From Hyphochytrium catenoides (lineage: Eukaryota; Protista; Hyphochytriomycota), in the NCBI GenBank assembly GCA_900088475.1, contig FLMG01002125.1:1-64000 (forward strand): 64,000 bases of DNA, written 5' to 3'. A program made the position numbers and the translations under genes. Each line of letters opens with the position of its first letter. The first letter of the stretch is position 1. Shown piece by piece: positions 1 through 16,160 of the stretch. Under the pieces are notes generated by a model. That model did not search any database and was not told the origin of the DNA. It saw only the letters and a program-made list of their open reading frames with translations.

Positions 1-133
1 TATCGTCTGGCTCCTTGCTGGAGGCTGACGGCGGCACATCAAGCTCTTGCCACCATAAGCTTACGGGTCGAGTCTTCATAGGCCTAGGAGGATGCTGCCC
101 AACCTCTTCAGATGCGGAAACTTCGGTTCCCAT
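1..133 (-). CDS. Possible 5' end of a gene running off the window start (MGTEVSASEEVGQHPPRPMKTRPVSLWWQELDVPP...)
   Basis: ATG at 133 on the minus strand is followed by 44 stop-free codons to the window edge, head-to-head with the gene at 652. No recognisable domain. Confidence 0.3.
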   Translation of the reverse strand, partial: MGTEVSASEEVGQHPPRPMKTRPVSLWWQELDVPPSASSKEPDD

Positions 134-651
134 GTTTCACCAAAACATTTTGTTGGAGTTTATTGCTTTGTATTTGATTGCTTCATGTCCTTAAAAGCCG
201 TATAAGGCAAGCGGCACACGTATACGTACTCTACGTTTGGGGATGGTACAATGAAGAGGAAAAAAAGGGCTTCTAGAGTTTTATTCAACTTCTGTGTCAG
301 ACTTTATTGTTTATATCGTTTGGTGGTAAGGGTGTTGATGGGTGAGATTCTGATCCTCAAGGTGGTCAGTGCTTCGGCTTCTGAGATGCAGGAAGAGGCA
401 GGCATGCAGGCACCACGGCTGCTGTTTCATTGCTTGATAATCCTCTGCCCCTGTACCCCTAGAAGAAGGCAGTCCAACTGACACATTGTCCCCTTTCCTT
501 GCGAGAGTTGATGGCAGCTAGGGTCTGTCTCTCTGCATATATCAAGTTCCACGTCCTTTTCAGCGATAGCTAGCTCTTCTGTCTCGATACATTCTTCTCA
601 AAGGACTGCGTCTTTATCTGGGCGTTTGAACGATAGGTAGTTTGAGAAGGG

Positions 652-2525
652 ATGTCAGTAATCCAAGAAGAGTCTGAGTTAGCGCTGTCTAGCGAGGCGC
701 TTGCTGCCCTTAGGGAATTTGCAGCTGAGAAGGGGATCGGTGAGAACTATGCCAGTCGAGAGAAACGCCTCTTTGCCTTCTCCTCTCTTCAATCCTCTGG
801 AGCATGTTGGTTTCTCAAGTCAGTGTGCTGTATACTGACTGTCTAGCTCTTGGGAACTTCTCTTCTGTCGTCATTGCTGTCGCACTCTCCTTCTCTCTCC
901 TGCTCTATTTGTCCCCGCTCTATGCTCTTCCCCTAAAATACTGTTCATCACTCTTTGCCTCTAAGCTGTCTCTCTGATGCTGTGTGATTACCCTTCGTCT
1001 CTCGGCTGATTTCCCTTTTGGGATCTAAACCTTACCTGTCTCACGTAGAGGTTTCTGACCCGGAAAACCTCCGCAAGGACGTACAAAATGCCTTTGACTG
1101 GCAAGATAAGGAGGAAATCTTTCAGTACGAATTCTCAATAGAGCAGCAACCTGTCACGCTCTCCCTCAAAGGGCTCAGGAAAGATCTGGGTCAAACGTTA
1201 GAGTCAACGGGTCTAACCCTGTGGAGAGCGGCGGATCTGTTGGCACAGTTTATCTGTCACAAACCGGAGCTCTTTAGAAGTAAAAGGGTTATCGAGGTAC
1301 GTGGTGCGGGTAGGAAAGTGGATGGCAGCGGCAAAGGGATCGAGACCCAGCCGAAAGATACGAAAGCTCTTCTATCTCCCTTGTCCTCAGGCCCTCAAAC
1401 GCTTGCTCTTACTTCTGCCTTCATATGCATTGTTCATCTGCCCAGTTAGGGGCTGGTTTAGGGCTCTGCGGGTTACTTGTTGGACGTCTGTGTCGGGAGG
1501 TTGTCATTACGGTAAGAACTTCAGAGGGTAGAAAACGTTAAGACCCGACAGTTTGAAGGAACCAAACAGAAGGGAGAGGAGGGGTTTGCAAAGCAGACCG
1601 TTGTCCACAGCCTTTGGACTATGGAGGTGGACGAAATGGACCTTGTCCGCTACGAGGCTGCGTTAGCTTGCCATTGACTAATTGCTCCAAGTGTGATATG
1701 ATGATGACGAGGCCAAGGAAGTGGGGAAACTTACGTATAGAGTTAATCGGACATGGAGAGCAGAAGGGAAGGAGTCAGACAGGCCAAGATCTTCTGCTCC
1801 AAGGCGCTGACACTCCTCACTGGCAGGATGGCGATGATCAGACTATGGAGCTCCTAGAAGAAAACATCAAGAGAAACGATGCGCCCCCTAATGTTGAAGC
1901 GCATAAGCTCCTTTGGGGCTCAGAAGTCTCTCCACTCCTGACAAAGCCTGGTAGAGAAAATGGTAAACAAGACTTCCAAAGATTCCTTGTTTGCTACTGC
2001 TCAGTCACAGTGAATTTTTTGTTTCCCTGCTTACGTTCCCCGCCTCGCTCGGCTGTAACAGTCTTATTGATGGTTCTACGGACCCCAGATCTTCTCCGCA
2101 GTGTGGCTTCTCGCTCTGCAAGTCCTCCCTAGCCTTTCTCCGTCTTGCTATTAGCCCTAATGCAATCCCCGTTCATATTCGCTAGTCTGTTCATGCCACC
2201 TGGAGCTTGGTCCTGATATGCCACTGACCCTCTTCATGCTACCCTTCTTTTTTCTGCAGGCTTCGACGTGGTGATGGGCGCGGATATAATATATGAGCAG
2301 GAGCAGATCTCTCCTCTCTTAGCTACTGTCAAGGCTCTTTTGGCACCTTGTGGCATATTCTACCTTGCATTCTCTCGGAGAAATGTGCCCTTCGAGGAGG
2401 TTCTTCTTCAGTCTATGAAGCTGGGTTTTCAATGTGCTGGGCCACTCTCAATAGGAGAGCAAGAAAATAATAGTTCAGTAGATGGGGTATATGCGTTTAC
2501 TTTCTCTTCCTCAGCTTCCCAATAA
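652..2525 (+). CDS. Seven-beta-strand protein lysine methyltransferase, METTL21/Methyltransf_16 family (5 exons)
   Basis: GT-AG exons at about 652-739, 1049-1296, 1447-1510, 1827-1949 and 2260-2525 splice to give TGLTLWRAADLL, motif I VIELGAGLGLCG, post-I VVITDGD, KLLWG and the DXXY motif FDVVMGADIIY. Confidence 0.9.
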
Positions 2526-3082
2526 AGCGGCTAAAGTGGCATGCAGTTCTAACCACCGGGAGGCTCACCCTACCAGGTTTTGATCTTATGCAGAGGGTTC
2601 GTGAGCTTGCTCTGCTACGCCCTCGGGCTAACAAGTAGAAGTAGGCATAGGAGAGGTCATTTGAGGCCTTGGATAGCAGCAACTAGAGGCATAACAGAGT
2701 GTGAGCTTCACTGTGAGATCTCTATTAGAGATAAGGGAGGAACCCTAATGTGTGGTCATAGAGGAACCTTCCTCCCTGCTATGAAGAAGGGGAGAACCTA
2801 AAGACTCATCCTTCATTTTGCAGCTCAAGGTCTGGAGCTGGCAAATCCTGCTCCTCAAGGGTGAGGAGTGCAAATAAATAAGCTACTAGAGACCTAAGCG
2901 AGTTCATCCCTCAGGGGGAAGAGGGACCTCCATAAGTTTCGCCTAGCAAGCAAATGCTCGGAAACAATACTGTCTGCTGCGTACTCTTCTGTGCTAAACT
3001 CTAGCATAAACTGCTTTCGGACATTCCACCGCCGACGCACACAGCGAGACCAGACGACGAGTGAACACCCTCCTCTACTAGA

Positions 3083-4900
3083 TCACACCCAAAGATGTAG
3101 GAAGGAGCGAACGATGTCAAACAGATGCTGCCCGACTGCCATTCCGACAGCCACCCTCGCCGTTCCCCATCCTAGTCGTAACCTTTGCTGCATATAATGC
3201 GCCTGCTCGTATAGCGTCTCTCTCCTCCTTGTCTCTTTCCACAAAGCCACAAGAATTTCCACAGTGCTATGAGGGTGAAGGGCCGGATCGGTTGCATACT
3301 TGATGTTCCTGACGTAGTTTAGCGGAGCCGAGAGCATCGTGGCGAATCCGCCTGCAAAGAAGTTGCCGAAGAAGTAGATGTACTCGCCATCCTCTCCTAG
3401 ACAGAAAAGATTTAGGTGTATCACAACTCGATTAGGACACTGATCAGCCATCGCAAACGAGCAAGAGGGAGGGAATGAGGCACATAACTACCGAAAAAGA
3501 AATCAAGATCGATGAGATAAGAAGTCAACTCCAGTTCTGGGGTACGACGATAAGCGACATCGGGAAGCAGAGAGTCAGAGAGTGAGCCCGGGCACCTCTT
3601 TAACTAGTGAGAACAAGCAAGAGAAAGTTCGTGCACCTCGTTTCTTCGCAGCATCTTTGAAGGTGCCTCTGATCAGCTCATAAGCGCAGCCGAAGACTAT
3701 GTCTCGTCCCTGAAATGTGTGCACGAGACGCTGTTAGGACAATTCGGTAGGTGACAGAGGTAACGGAGAAGGAGGCCAGGTGCTAACGAGCTTAGGCGTG
3801 AAAAGGAAGTTACGCCAGCGCTCCAAGGCATGAGGAGTATGGTGACTATTGAAGTCAATGATGAAGGTGCTATATTCAGCCAAGAAGCAGCATGAGCAAA
3901 ATCTATTGGCTGGGCAGTGATCAAAGAAAAGGCACTTCAGTGAGAGAGCTAAGAACCTGGATAGTGCAAGGAGATTGGACCGTGTGCTAATAGAGGCGTA
4001 AAGTCTTGAGGGGAGAGCGATGAGTAGAAACCTAAAACTTCATACCTGAGAGACAAGTGTCCCCTTCACAAAAGGACGAATACCACCGCCTTTCCACATT
4101 TCCTTCGCTGCAGTGACGAAGGTCAGCTCCGGCCGTGCCCAGGTGTGATACTTTATAGTGGCAAGCTGGTTCAACAACATTCCGTTAAGACATCCAGCGG
4201 ACAGCCCAACTACAAGGTGCCCCATATGCGGCGAAGTTTCGACGTAATCCTTGAATAGCACCTCCTACATAAGGCAATTGATGAGAGAGAAAAGGAAGGG
4301 GCCTATGAGTATTCGCATACGCGGGGTAGGACGAGTGGGAGAAGAAGACGAAAGAGCTCAGTACATGAACCAGGGCAATGGGAGACACAGACGACACTGC
4401 TGCTCATTTGCTATGAATGGCAGCTCCGCGCCGCTGCAAGTTGAAGATATACGTAACGGTGTCTGCCCCGTGCCGGAAAGATAATGAGTGAAAAAGAGGT
4501 GCCGTGCAAAGGGTAGAGGAAAGAAGAGCAGGACACACATAGAAGTGTGGCGGGAAAGAGGTGCTCCTTCGAGGACCAGCCACCGGCACACACAAGCTAG
4601 AGATGTCTTAGTAGTGCGAGGTGGTACGGAACACCGGGAAGAGGATCATCGATGCCCTGACTTCGTTCTCACCATGCGACCTTGCAATATAAAGTAAAGG
4701 CCGCCCGAGAGGGTTCGTTGGACGGCTGACTGCAGGAAGCCTTGGTACGGGTGAATCCAGTTCTCTTTGTGAAGGAAGGAGCGATGCTCCTTTACAGACA
4801 GATACAGCGCTCGGTCCCAAGGGTTGAATAGCATTGCCTGAGCCCCACCAGCTATTAGCCCGCCTACTGTGTCAATGTCGGCTCGATGAACGACCACCAT
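3083..4900 (-). CDS. Mitochondrial carrier family (SLC25) protein (4 exons)
   Basis: Three carrier-like repeats: GGLIAGGAQAMLFNPWDRALY, GLSAGCLNGMLLNQLATIKY and FFAGGFATMLSAPLNYVRN, plus RDIVFG and LRLGWGTARV. Exons at about 4900-4682, 4262-4046, 3709-3637 and 3396-3083. Confidence 0.85.
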
Positions 4901-5227
4901 GGCTTTGGTGTCATGGACAGCCGAGATGGGCGATAGAGCCAGTACAGAGCGAGGAGAAGGGGAAGGCAGGAGAGATGGGTGGCCAAAGGTGGTGAAAGGG
5001 AGAGACCCACATGAGATTGGGCTAAAAGATCGACGGATGGCGCCATTATAAGTGAGTAGGGGGAGAGGACGGCTAGATCCAAGAATAGATCTGGCAGAAT
5101 CTTGTCTGAAAATGCTCGTGGTCGGGAGGGCGGTGGCTGCCGGCTCACCATTCTGACGGCTGACCATAGCGTTTCTGGAAATTCAGGCTCGCCCGTCGTC
5201 CCCTCCCGTCCTCTCGCGTCGTCTCGC

Positions 5228-5229
<2 letters not shown>

Positions 5230-5260
<31 letters not shown>

Positions 5261-5283
5261 TTCTCTTTCTCTCTCTGTCTCTC
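5230..5283. repeat. (CT)n/(AG)n microsatellite upstream of the carrier gene
   Basis: Imperfect ctctct run read directly. Confidence 0.9.
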
Positions 5284-6715
5284 GGTTGGCCGTACTCCAG
5301 CAAGTAACCTCTGCTTTATTCCCTGCCGTTTGCTTAAGGCAACGAGGGCACAGAAGAGAACTGCCAGGAAAGGCGGCTACGCTACTCGTCTGCCCTCTAG
5401 GTCTGTTTCGCCCGCGGAGGGAGCAAAGTGCTCCACGTGGTCAGTACTACTAGCTCGAACTGCGGGTTGGGAAGGTGATCAGACAGTCCACTCCTTGATC
5501 TCACCCTCCGCAAGGCAAAGTGCCTGAGCTCAGCTTTGCTTAGGTAAGAGGGGAGAGCTGGCAGATGCCTGCAATCTGAACTGTGAGGACAGAGTGACTG
5601 GGAGGACAGTAAGTCAGAGAGACATCTGATCTGGTGAATTTCTTGAGCTTGACCTCCTCCCTGTGAAGACACCGTGAGTGTGAAATTAGCTTGTGTTTAT
5701 CAAGAGTCAAGAGTATTAATAGTGCTGTAGCGGTAAAATTAGAATCATGCGTCAGCTATCACTGCTGCGTTAGCCGCTCTCAAAGAGTTAGGGAGGGAGT
5801 TCATGTAGAAACACTGTCTTTTGATGACACGACGAGCAACCTGCCACGGACCCATTCCCCAGCAACGGGCTGCTTGCAAGTGCGAAGCCTGGTCCTGCGC
5901 ATTACTTCCGAAGGTTGTGCTCAAGCCTCCCGGCATATCTGGCGATGAAGGCTGGAGGTAGATAGAGGGCAGATGCGGGACTGCGATGTAGAGCTGGACC
6001 GCTATCACCAATGAGCGGGCATTGCAGGAGTGGCAGCACCGGCTGAAAAAGCAAAAATCTGAGCCCATGCATCCCATTCGCTTCTCTCCGGCCTCTCCAG
6101 GGCCAGGAGACGACGCGGAGTCGGCCAGGTCACATGCTCTGACCATTGCGGCGGCAGCAGTTGCTGCCGCTAGTTCTCTTCCGGACGAAGGATCCGTGGG
6201 ATGTTTACCGGTACCCTGTTCCTTCTAATGAGATCATCTCTGACGAGTACTTTCTATCGAGTCTTTTTCCATGTTGGCGTGCTCTATCTCCCCGTCTTCA
6301 CCTGGGTCTGTCTTCTCATATCCTCTACGTTCGCGAGCTTGCTTGGCCTTGGTGAACTTCTTCTTTCCTGGTCTATATAACAAATCTCCTCTTTCCAGCT
6401 CTTTCCATTAACCTCTTCTAGATCTCCTCGCTAGCCCAAACGCATGCTTTTCTGGAATCTTTCGTTGCCGCTGCTGCCCGTTGTGGCTGGCTTGACCTCT
6501 TCCTTTGAAGGCGCCAGCTCTGTCGTATATCTCTCGCTGACAAGTCGCCCTGCAGGTCACTAGCGGCAATGTAGGCAGCACATTTTTCTTGCCTTCAAGC
6601 GGCAGCGGTTCCCTAGCGTTTGATGTTCGGCAGGCGGTGTTTAGGGATCAGATACATCGCATTATTGCCAGTGGGCCCCTGGCACTGTCCCAAGGTGCAG
6701 TGGCAAGGTCTGTGC

Positions 6716-6868
6716 NNNNNNNNNNNNNNNNNNNNNNNNNNNNNNNNNNNNNNNNNNNNNNNNNNNNNNNNNNNNNNNNNNNNNNNNNNNNNNNNNNNNN
6801 NNNNNNNNNNNNNNNNNNNNNNNNNNNNNNNNNNNNNNNNNNNNNNNNNNNNNNNNNNNNNNNNNNNN
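6716..6868. other. Assembly gap (153 N)
   Basis: Run of N. Confidence 1.
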
Positions 6869-7290
6869 TATCACCCGCTTCTCTATATTCTCCTCGTTAC
6901 TGTCGCTTCAGCTGCTGCTCAGTCCACCCTGCACCCTCAACTATCCTTGGGTGCTTAGTCCTAGGACTGCGTCCTCACAGTTTTTCCCGCAGTTCTATGG
7001 GAACTTCCACACGGCCGCTGTATGCCAATTATTCCGCGGCACGTTCTGCCTCCCCTTCTCTCATGTCCCCGGTTTTCACTGATATGTCGCAGTCCATGAT
7101 ACTTCCTACCTCCCTCTCGCCACCCCTGGCTTCGGAACTGGCTTCCTCATATTCTTCTTCCGCCATTCACTCAACCGTGGGAGAGGAGGGAGTAGCCCAA
7201 GACGCTCTGCCAATGATTGGGGATCCGATGGCCTCTCGTAAGGCCAGAACCCACTCTTCTATCGCCGTCAGTCAAGCGATGGTTGATTCC
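6869..7290 (-). pseudogene. Possible decayed coding sequence of unknown origin
   Basis: One minus-strand frame reads as protein (LTAIEEWVLALREAIG...MAEEEYEEASSEARGGEREVG...VEVPIELREKL) interrupted by isolated TGA/TAA codons. The plus-strand ORF 6589-7338 is its antisense shadow. Confidence 0.35.
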
Positions 7291-8487
7291 ATCGTTCACC
7301 TTGTGATGCTACCTCTACTTACCAATGACAAGCATTGACCCTTCCAAAAACAGCCCATAGCGCCTACATTTTGTCTTTAAACACATCTTTATCTAAGTCT
7401 CCATTCTCCTCTTCGTTCTCACATTCTGCAATCATGAGCTGACTGCTTACCCCCTTAACAGTTGCTTCAAGGCAAACAAGCGATATGTTCGTACCTAATC
7501 AGTTGCTGGTTGGCAGCTCGCATCCAGCTTCTAGAGGCTTCAGAGGGGTTTCCGCAGGGTTTGCTTCAGTTGCTGGAGGTCGGAATAGAGCTCAAGTTGC
7601 TTTTTAGGCTTTCATCTTCCTCAGTGGGTTTCTACCGTTCAAATATTCTTGAGATGTGCCTGTCGATATCATTTGTGCGAGGGCTGGCGAGGCTATCTGA
7701 GTGGCTTCGACCTTTCATGAGTTTTTTACGCATATGCGCGACTCTTGCTCCTCTATGAACTGCCCTGGCTTCAGCATGAACCTCCTTGTCCATGCGTTGC
7801 TATCATTTATTCTGTCTTGCCATTTAACGCTTTGTTCCCATTTGCAGTCTCCACTTCTGCACTTCTTACGGCGACGAGGCCTACCCAGATGATGATTCCT
7901 GTCACTACCGTTGTAAGCAAATCCTGTTATATGTGCCCATGAAAGATTTGAATCCGCAACCTTCCAGTTCGCGTCTATATCCGATGAGGTGACTTACAAA
8001 ATCTCTGCTGTAGAGCACTCCACTCCCCGGGGAATCACCTAGTCAGGACCTGGCGACCCATCATCGGTGTAGGCCCATCGACGTCAACTTAACGAATGGA
8101 GTCCTCCGAGAGAGTTCAGCCGACGTGCTAAGGAGGTCTGCGAACAGTGAGGATAGAGACGGAACACAAGAACAGCAAGAACTCGTAGGTGGTCAATGCT
8201 CAGAGGTAGGCATACTCTGGTCTAGACGGCTCCAGCGACTCCAGTCAAGAATGCCTGAGCGCTTGGCCTGCCCCTCATCTTCTCTCCATAGATTTTCTCT
8301 TCTTTAGAGTCGCCTCGCCTCCCACACTCACCTTCAGCTCACCTTCTTCTTGGGTTTGTTCTCTATAGCTGTTAATGCATTGGTCAACTTCCTTTACCGG
8401 TGAAGGCACACGTCAATAACCTCTGGCTGCACTTTCTCGGGTCTAAAGCTCATTCATACCCATAACTTGCTTTTCCTATAGCAGAGT

Positions 8488-9868
8488 ATGGCTGAACCTC
8501 CACGGAGTACGCCTGAGACTCCTCGGGGCTCTGAAAAGCAGCATAATGCTGATTCCTGCATTAGCGAGGAGATAAGCATGTTTGAGAGCAGGGTGGCTGA
8601 TGAAGACCTTGATGTGCGTAGTTTAGCCGTTCTTAACCTTTTGCTTAGGCTTATACATGACCTGTATCGGTGCTCAACCTCACTGCTTCTCGCTGTCCAG
8701 AAGTGCTTCCCTTACTAAATGCCACTAATCCCATCCTACAACGAATCCCCTAGGGCGCCGCTAAGTCAGGAGGATCTCAGTCGGAGCCACAAAGGGGAAT
8801 CCGTAAGCGGTACAAATGTGGGCATGAGGTGAGAGATTAGCGGTGCTTGATTAAGTATGGTCATCAATTTGCCTGGAGTTACTTGCTTTATCCCACCCTT
8901 TTCGTATTCAGCTAATCTCAGGATGGAAAGTGCCAGCTTTGGCTTAGCTTTAAGACAGAAGTGTGGCCGTTTGTTAAGCGTTCTTAATGACGTCTCTCCC
9001 CTTTCCCGAATCGCTTGCCTGCTCAATGCATCTTATTGTGTAGCCTACTGTGGGCCTAAGGGTCAGTCTCCCTAACTCCTTGCGTAAATTCTCTTCTCCG
9101 CAGTCTTGTATCAAGGAATTCGATGGTCTAAACGACCTTCGTCGCCACTTGCGGACTCACACCTCAGAAAGACCATTTTTCTGTCCTGAACCCTCGTGTG
9201 AAAAGTCCTTTCGTCAAGAAGGAGCGCTACGAAGACATCAGCTAGTCCACAGTGGCGTCAAGCCTTACACATGCCGCTTTGGTTGTGGAAAGAAGTTCAC
9301 GTCAATGAGGTATGAACGGTGTTTATAGAGAAAGTGCACGTAACGACGGGACAGGTGGACCGGCTGGACAAAGGCAAGAGCATAGTTTGTGCCAAATCCG
9401 TCTCCGTACACGTTGCTGGGGTGCTGATACTAGTGCCACTAGCAACATGACCGATCATGAGCGACAGCACACAGGGATCAGGCCCTTCAAGTGTCATGAT
9501 AAGGGCTGTGGGAAGTCCTTCGCCACGGTCCAAGCTCTTAAGCATCATGTTAAGACTGTACATGGTCTGGAGGAACTGATAAATGATACAGCGGAAGAAG
9601 GAGGCGCGCATTGGAAAAGGCCTTCCTCCCTTCTGAATAGGGACGAGGAGGAAATGTGCGGCAACAAGCGATGTAAGCGGGTAAGCGGCTTGCCAAAGCA
9701 GTCTGTCTGCGACTACTCAGTCTTCTCAGGCACAGAGTTCTGGTTTGTATACGAACTTTCCCAAATTATCTTCTCCGCTATGCATAGCTGAGAGCCAAGG
9801 CAAAGACTCAAGAAGAGCTGATTAGACGGCAAACTGAGGAGCTCACCAGCCTCAGAAAATTACTGAAG
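8488..9868 (+). CDS. C2H2 zinc-finger transcription factor (about 4 fingers plus C-terminal coiled coil); 5' small exons and 3' end uncertain, may extend to about 10509
   Basis: HLRTHTSERPFFCPEPSCEKSF...HQLVHSGVKPYTCRFGCGKKF...HERQHTGIRPFKCHDKGCGKSF...HVKTVH with TGEKP-like linkers in exons at about 9103-9308 and 9434-9680. Exon 9788-9868 encodes LRAKAKTQEELIRRQTEELTSLRKLLK. Confidence 0.85.
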
Positions 9869-11170
9869 GTGAGTGGCTGTTGTTCGCCGAGTTTACCTCC
9901 TATTTCCAGCTGCCGTTCATGACGCCTACTGGACCCAGGACCTTCAAGATCGCTTAAAGCCCGTGAGAGCTCAACACAGTTCAAGCAAGGCGCCTTCGTA
10001 AAGTCGGAGTTACCACGTACAGAAGGACCACGAAGAGCAATTGTCAAAGAGTTCTCTCATATATTCCAGTCCTTAGCTGTTGGTATAGGGTCGAATCGCC
10101 TTGCCATCAAGGGAGCACACTCTCGCCTCCTACTCTGCTGGGCTAGAATGGTACGGAGTCATGGGCTAGGTCGCAGGCTTGCCTAGGGCACCGCGGAGTG
10201 AAGGGCTCAGGTTCTAGCCGCACTGGCGTATTGGCTATAAGAGCTGCTTCCCCTTTCCAGCTTCCCTCATGGGACTCAAAAAGTGAGGTTCTTGCTCGCC
10301 CTCCACCCTCTCCGTGTGGTGGCCCTCTCCGTACTGATGGAGGAGGAAAATGGTATCCTGGGAATCTGAAGGACCGCATCGGTCCCCTGCCCGGAAATAG
10401 GACTATACCACGATTAGCCAAGGCCTCCTTACCCTCAGTACTGTTCTCCTCCCAAAGACTGCCCCTGTCAGTTCAGAGAGGTTTTTCCAATTTCTGGCCT
10501 CTTACATAACTATGAGCGTGCCATTCTCGAAGCCGCCTTTTTCTATTTGTGTCCTGAGTTTTCCAGGACGCTGCTTTCAGAACGAGTCTGATTAAGACAT
10601 ATCGCTAGCCGAAATCCTCGTGAAGAGCGGACAAGATCAAGAATCTCACTCTCCGTAATCTGTTAGGTCGTCAAGGGCGAGGAGCACAGGCAACCTGTTG
10701 CTGGAGGCGGTGCTTATGTAAAGGGTGACATCTCTACTCCGTGGCTGTGAGCACTCGCTGTCATCACAGATTTAGAGCTGTCCTCAGGACCTCTTCCAAT
10801 AGGGAAGACAGCACTAAGTACTGGCGTGCGCACCCTGAGCTAAGAGAAAAGCGGCGCTTCGAGGCACAAGAGAAGAGAGAGAAAGGGCATTGTGCCTTTT
10901 ATGAGAAAGAGATGGCGCTTCGCTCGCTAATAATATGACTGCTATCCTGTTCTCCATAGTTAATACTCCTACCTACATTGACGGGGTGGGTATGTCCATA
11001 ATGGCACTGGTACCCTATAGTACCCTCTGTGGTGAGTGTGGTGGGTGGGAGCCGCGGTGGTTACATTTTGGCAAGGATGGTCAGCGCTGGAGAGTGGAGG
11101 AGAAGAGAGGTAGCACGTGATGGGGGACGAGGAGGGATGGGGATGATGGGATGGATTGATGGATGCTGCA

Positions 11171-11175
11171 CTCCC

Positions 11176-11210
<35 letters not shown>

Positions 11211-11219
11211 GGCTCTCTG
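11171..11219. repeat. (CT)n microsatellite upstream of the kinase gene
   Basis: Direct reading. Confidence 0.9.
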
Positions 11220-12047
11220 TCTTTCTGGCTCTCGTCTGGATATGTTTCTTCCTGTCCCTCCCTCTTCCCTTCATTGAGTCGTTTCTCGCCCTTCACCTCT
11301 TCTCTCCCTCTAGCTCTTGTTCCTGGGTTAAAGCTCGTCTGGCTCTCCACATCTCTCTTTCTGTGAGCCACCACGTCGCTGGTGCTGGCCTTCTCTCACT
11401 GGCGTTCTCTCACTGGCCCCCGGCCTTGATTCTCCCTCATCCCAAGGAAGGAATCTGAAACCTTACCTCCTCTCTTAGGCCTCCTGGCCTTTGCTCCTTT
11501 CCAGCCCAATCCTCGCTTTATAAAGACTACCTTTGCTTCTGGCTCGAATGAGGTTTCACTTTTATCTGCATCCTACCTTTGAAGCTTCCCTGACTGTTTC
11601 TGGCTGTTGACCCTTGCAAGTCTAAGTTGCAGGCACAGCTTGTACTTTTCCCATTAAGGTGGCCAATCATATCTGCTCTTCACCCTCCTGATCCTGTCCC
11701 TCCCCACACACTTCATCGGCTAAGGCGCAGAATAGGGGCCAAGGCACCCATCCATTCTTGTTGCAACCTTCCCATCGGCCTAACTGTCTGCACACGAAGG
11801 AGCAGTTTCCAAACCCGTGGGGAGTTCTCCTTATTGTCTCTCTCCTCTTGCGTCTGAGTGTCTAAACGAATCGGGCTCACGTACAAGAACGGAGCCACTC
11901 TGCGCCTCTCTCACAGCCGTATCTTCAGTGCAGCGCTAATTCTCCTCAAGAAGGCGACGATACGGCCGCCGGAAAGTACGGAGATTGATCTAGTTGTAGA
12001 TCTCTCGTCTTCTCGCTTTCTCTCAGTTGATCTAGAGTTCTTGAGCA

Positions 12048-16160
<4,113 letters not shown>

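Noticed and set aside
6869-7290. Stop-codon reassignment as an explanation for in-frame stops
   Set aside because: Intact genes in the window end in TAA, TAG and TGA and have no internal stops once spliced.
6589-7338. 249-aa plus-strand ORF
   Set aside because: It spans a 153-N gap, has a non-ATG start and is the Ser-rich antisense shadow of a decayed minus-strand frame.
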